The notes under the pieces are model-generated. The model did not search any database, had not been told where the DNA came from, and saw only the letters and a program-made list of their open reading frames with translations. A DNA stretch of 47,408 nucleotides from Nanobdellota archaeon (GTDB lineage Archaea; Nanobdellota; Nanobdellia; Woesearchaeales; GW2011-AR9): NCBI GenBank assembly GCA_030647325.1, contig JAUSJN010000054.1, positions 1-47,408 on the forward strand, given 5' to 3'. Every line of letters starts with the position of its first letter. The first letter of the stretch is position 1. Shown here one piece after another: positions 44,081 through 47,408 of the stretch. The position numbers and the translations under genes were made by a program.

Positions 44081-44138
44081 AAAGCCCGACTACAGCAGCT
44101 ACTATTTAAGTTTTGTTATTAACCATTGTTAATCAAGG

Positions 44139-45050
44139 TTATTCCAAAAATTCCAACTCGCATATCAATCCTACATGATCCGACCAGGGAAATGCGAAGG
44201 TCCTATAATCGTGGATCCTGATATTTGGTGAAGCTACAATGTGATCCAGATCCTGAGTAGGATCGCCATTCTGATAGGTCTTGAGGCCGAAATTTTTTGG
44301 GGGATAAAGACCGGAGGATAAGATTATTTTCATGGTCTCACTATCATGGCTATCGTTATAATCGCCTGCTGCCACGATATAACTGTTTGGATTTTTTTCT
44401 TTAAGTTCAGTAATATACCCCGCTATCTCCTGAGCTTCTCCTTTTCTGGTGGAATTATCTTCACTGCCATCATCAAGATGAGTAGTAATAAGATCTAGTT
44501 TTTTATTTCCTATCCTGATTTCAGTATGGATAAAATCTTTGAAAAGATGTCCGATTCTGCTATCTGCATCATTTTTGTCGCCATACAAATGGCGGTGGAC
44601 CGCTCGCATGGGAAATCGGGAAATCACCGCATTGCCGGTAATCCATAAGGGTAATTTCATGTATTGATCAAAGACAACATAATCATACGGTGTGTTCATA
44701 TATTCTGCGATGAGTTTTGGCTGGTCCAATCCTCCTGTCTTTACCGTTCCGGCATAATCAACTTCATTCAAGCTAATGATGTCTACGTTCTCCTTGAGCA
44801 GGGAATCAGCTAACCATCGCGCATGGCGATGAGCTTCTGCTGCGGAGATGGATTCAAATAAAAAAGGAGTATTGCCGCGCAGATCGGCTGCATTAAGATG
44901 GACAAAATTAATCTTCCGGATATCTTCCTGGGAAGCGGCTTCTTCGTATCTGGGAGCGCCATTAAGATGCACCACTTCAAAGATGCCTAAGCAAGAGGTT
45001 AAACTTAGACTAAGGATACCTGGTAGAATATTTCTTGGTGTAAAAGACAT
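44139..45050 (-). CDS. Endonuclease/exonuclease/phosphatase (EEP) family lipoprotein
   Basis: LNEVD, GNAVISRFP, THL, GDYN, LDHI and SDH; LSLTSC lipobox-like motif. Confidence 0.9.
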   Translation of the reverse strand: MSFTPRNILPGILSLSLTSCLGIFEVVHLNGAPRYEEAASQEDIRKINFVHLNAADLRGNTPFLFESISAAEAHRHARWLADSLLKENVDIISLNEVDYAGTVKTGGLDQPKLIAEYMNTPYDYVVFDQYMKLPLWITGNAVISRFPMRAVHRHLYGDKNDADSRIGHLFKDFIHTEIRIGNKKLDLITTHLDDGSEDNSTRKGEAQEIAGYITELKEKNPNSYIVAAGDYNDSHDSETMKIILSSGLYPPKNFGLKTYQNGDPTQDLDHIVASPNIRIHDYRTFAFPWSDHVGLICELEFLE

Positions 45051-45098
45051 GGTAAAAAATAATTTGAGGGTTATATAAAGATGGTGTATATTATCTAT

Positions 45099-45899
45099 TT
45101 ATTTAGTCAACATCTTGACTTCATACGATCCTAAAGAATAAACTTCCACACTATTCCGTAAGAATTCCAGTGCACTTTTGACCCGCTCTTCCTGAACATG
45201 GGCATCAATCTCGATATAGAACACATATTCTCCCATCTTTTTTCCGGAAGGCAGTGATTCAATTTTTACTAAGTTGATATTCTGCGAAGCCAGAGGCGCT
45301 AAAAGGTGAAACAGCAATCCTGGCCTATCTTCTTTAGGCTTTAGCAGCAAACTGGTTCTTGTCTGACCTGAAATTTTCTTTTCTTCAGCGGAAATGACAA
45401 AAAACTGGGTTACGTTATCATGATTATCTTCGATATTCTCTTGCAGTATCTGTAGGCCGTAATGTTCTGCCGCTTCTTTAGAACCGATAGCCGCAAAAGA
45501 TTCATCCTGTGCTGCAGTTTCCATCGCTTTTGAGGTGCTGGAGGTTTCTACAATGTTTTTTCCCGCCAAAAAGTTTGAGCATTGCCCTAACGCCTGAGGA
45601 TGGGAAATGATTTTTGTGTACTGTTTGCTTTTACCTGCCACACAATGCCGGATAGGAACAATATAAGCTTCATGTATTTTCACTTTATATTTTAACAAGC
45701 CAAGAATGCTTTCTCGTACGCTTCCCTGCAGCATGTTTTCAATAGGAATAATCCCTTTGGCGACTTTTTTTTCGGTCACGGCAATAAAAATCTCTTCAAT
45801 GCTGTTGCAGAGCAGCAACTCTTGCTCAGAAAAAACTTTCTTTCCCACGAGATGTGAATAACTATACGCTGGCCCCAGAACGGCAATCTTACTCATCAA
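45099..45899 (-). CDS. pheA: Prephenate dehydratase with ACT domain
   Basis: LGP, PIEN..QGSV, SHPQALGQC, DRPGLL and INLVKIES.P. Confidence 0.92.
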   Translation of the reverse strand: MMSKIAVLGPAYSYSHLVGKKVFSEQELLLCNSIEEIFIAVTEKKVAKGIIPIENMLQGSVRESILGLLKYKVKIHEAYIVPIRHCVAGKSKQYTKIISHPQALGQCSNFLAGKNIVETSSTSKAMETAAQDESFAAIGSKEAAEHYGLQILQENIEDNHDNVTQFFVISAEEKKISGQTRTSLLLKPKEDRPGLLFHLLAPLASQNINLVKIESLPSGKKMGEYVFYIEIDAHVQEERVKSALEFLRNSVEVYSLGSYEVKMLTK

Positions 45900-46701
45900 T
45901 TATTTTCACTCTCTTCTTTCTCAGCGCAGGATGATCTTTAAATTCTTCTTGAAGAGAACGAAGCTTGTTTTCTAACCCCATTTTTGTTCTTCCTTGCACT
46001 AACGCGTTTACCTCTTTCACCGATTTCTCATACGCGCGCACTACTTTATCTGTAAAAGGATTTTCAAAGAATATCCCTGAATACAATGAAGGATCCTGCG
46101 AGAGCATTCGTTTTACAGCGTAAAGGCGAAGGATATATGCCGGGGTGCTTATCTCTGGTTGGTTTTTTCCCTGCTTTATTTTTGCAAGAGTATTGGCAAA
46201 GTATAAGTTAGATAGATGAACTAAAACTTGTTTTTCAGCCATGATTTTATCATGTTCTTCCGCAGTCATAAGGTAAATTTTCATCCCTAATTCTTCCATT
46301 GTTCTTTTGTACCAGGAAAGATATTCCTTCCCTCGTTCTGGGCAGAGGACCATTTTTTCTCCTTTGAATGAGTCAACGCTCGGTCCGAAAAGCGGATGTC
46401 CGCCGATGACTTCTGCTTGCGAATATTTGAGCATTGCCGCTACCGGTTTAATCTTTACCGAAGTGAAATCAGTAAGCAGGGCTTCTTTTCTCACGTAAGG
46501 ACCGATTTCCTGTATCACTTCTTCTGTTTTTTGGAGAGGAACGGAAACAATGACGACGTCTCCCTGCTGGGCAAGTTTAATATTATTGGAATTACTTTCA
46601 TTTGAAACGAGAACAGTATAATCCCTCTGCTGAAAGGCGTCCGCAAATAAGGAACCCATTTTACCTCTGCCGCCGATGATGGAAATAGTTTTTGGTTTCA
46701 T
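45889..46701 (-). CDS. tyrA: Prephenate dehydrogenase
   Basis: IIGGRGKMG, DFTSVK, HPLFGP and EEHD. Confidence 0.92.
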   Translation of the reverse strand: MKPKTISIIGGRGKMGSLFADAFQQRDYTVLVSNESNSNNIKLAQQGDVVIVSVPLQKTEEVIQEIGPYVRKEALLTDFTSVKIKPVAAMLKYSQAEVIGGHPLFGPSVDSFKGEKMVLCPERGKEYLSWYKRTMEELGMKIYLMTAEEHDKIMAEKQVLVHLSNLYFANTLAKIKQGKNQPEISTPAYILRLYAVKRMLSQDPSLYSGIFFENPFTDKVVRAYEKSVKEVNALVQGRTKMGLENKLRSLQEEFKDHPALRKKRVKIIDE

Positions 46702-46958
46702 TGCTGTATATCCTTTGATTTTTTAATAATTATTTCAAACAGTTCTTTTATAAATGTTTCGTCGTCAAAACCCTTTTCTTGGAACGCTTCTATTCTCTCT
46801 TGAAGGATGATTTTTTCGCGTTCTTGATCTTGGACCGGGAGCTTGTTTTCCAGTTTGTACTTCGCAATTTCCTTACAGATCTCCAGCCGCTTCACTACCA
46901 ATTCCAAGAGCTGCTCATCCAGCGCATCTATCTTCTTCCTATATTCCTGTAAGCTCAT
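46698..46958 (-). CDS. Chorismate mutase (AroQ type)
   Basis: YRKKIDALD...KR...IAKYK...DQERE...SKDIQ. Confidence 0.92.
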   Translation of the reverse strand: MSLQEYRKKIDALDEQLLELVVKRLEICKEIAKYKLENKLPVQDQEREKIILQERIEAFQEKGFDDETFIKELFEIIIKKSKDIQQ

Positions 46959-47408
46959 CGCTGCGGCACTCTCCGACGTTTAATCTCCGAGGCGAATCCC
47001 CTGAATGATGAACTCCTCATTCCCTGATCATAGTCGCAGACATCTACACCGTCAATCTGCGGTTTTTCATCATCCCGTATCACATCTATGATCAAGCCAT
47101 TGGCAGCGGCATTGAGATATGCTTTACCTACCTCTGGAACCAAATCTCGGCATCCGCTAGAATGACTCGGATCGCCAATGACCGGAAGGTAGGTTGCTTT
47201 CCGCAGCTGATAAAGGAAGTCTGGTTGGGGAGTATTTCTCATTCTCATAGTGGGCTCATTTATTCCACGTTCGCAGAGGATTATTTTAGGTTTTTTTCCT
47301 TGCTGGTCATACTCTAGGGCCAGATATTCTGCTGCGCATAACACTTCTTTAAGTTTCGGCTTGGGACCAGTTTTCAGTAGCACTGCTTTATCATGTTTTG
47401 CAGCGTAT
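46955..47408 (-). CDS. DAHP synthase, class I-beta (5'-truncated by window edge)
   Basis: Frame is open to the edge (YAAKHDKAVLLKTG); AAEY, ILCERGI, RNT, LPVIGDPSHSSG and D..Q. Confidence 0.85.
   Translation of the reverse strand, partial: YAAKHDKAVLLKTGPKPKLKEVLCAAEYLALEYDQQGKKPKIILCERGINEPTMRMRNTPQPDFLYQLRKATYLPVIGDPSHSSGCRDLVPEVGKAYLNAAANGLIIDVIRDDEKPQIDGVDVCDYDQGMRSSSFRGFASEIKRRRVPQR

Overview
Archaeal chromosomal segment, most consistent with a DPANN archaeon of the Woesearchaeota type. The archaeal assignment rests on eS6, eL21, Rpo4, Dph5, Elp3, archaeal-type ProRS, FtsZ2 and TATA-box leaderless promoters; the lineage call itself is inference. Housekeeping genes are interspersed with short accessory genes. 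I found no rRNA, tRNA, CRISPR array, integrase, transposase or reverse transcriptase. The most notable observations are: (1) a dispersed family of intergenic palindromic elements whose architecture is conserved (paired 10-bp hairpins, 6-nt loops, central GTGC/GCGC) while stem sequences co-vary, plus related modules, suggesting a REP/MITE-like ssDNA or structured-RNA system; (2) a circularly permuted RimK-like ATP-grasp ligase; (3) a probable remote DGR target gene at the end of an RHH / membrane protein / Ser-Thr kinase / metallophosphoesterase gene run, divergent from an orphan CheD-like deamidase; (4) a structured ftsZ leader with 11 nt of perfect complementarity to its own terminator; (5) a phage T5 A1-like metallophosphoesterase and a lipoprotein with a beta-barrel-like C-terminus; (6) an aromatic amino-acid operon with substituted catalytic motifs. 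All family calls come from motif recognition by eye; no searches were run.
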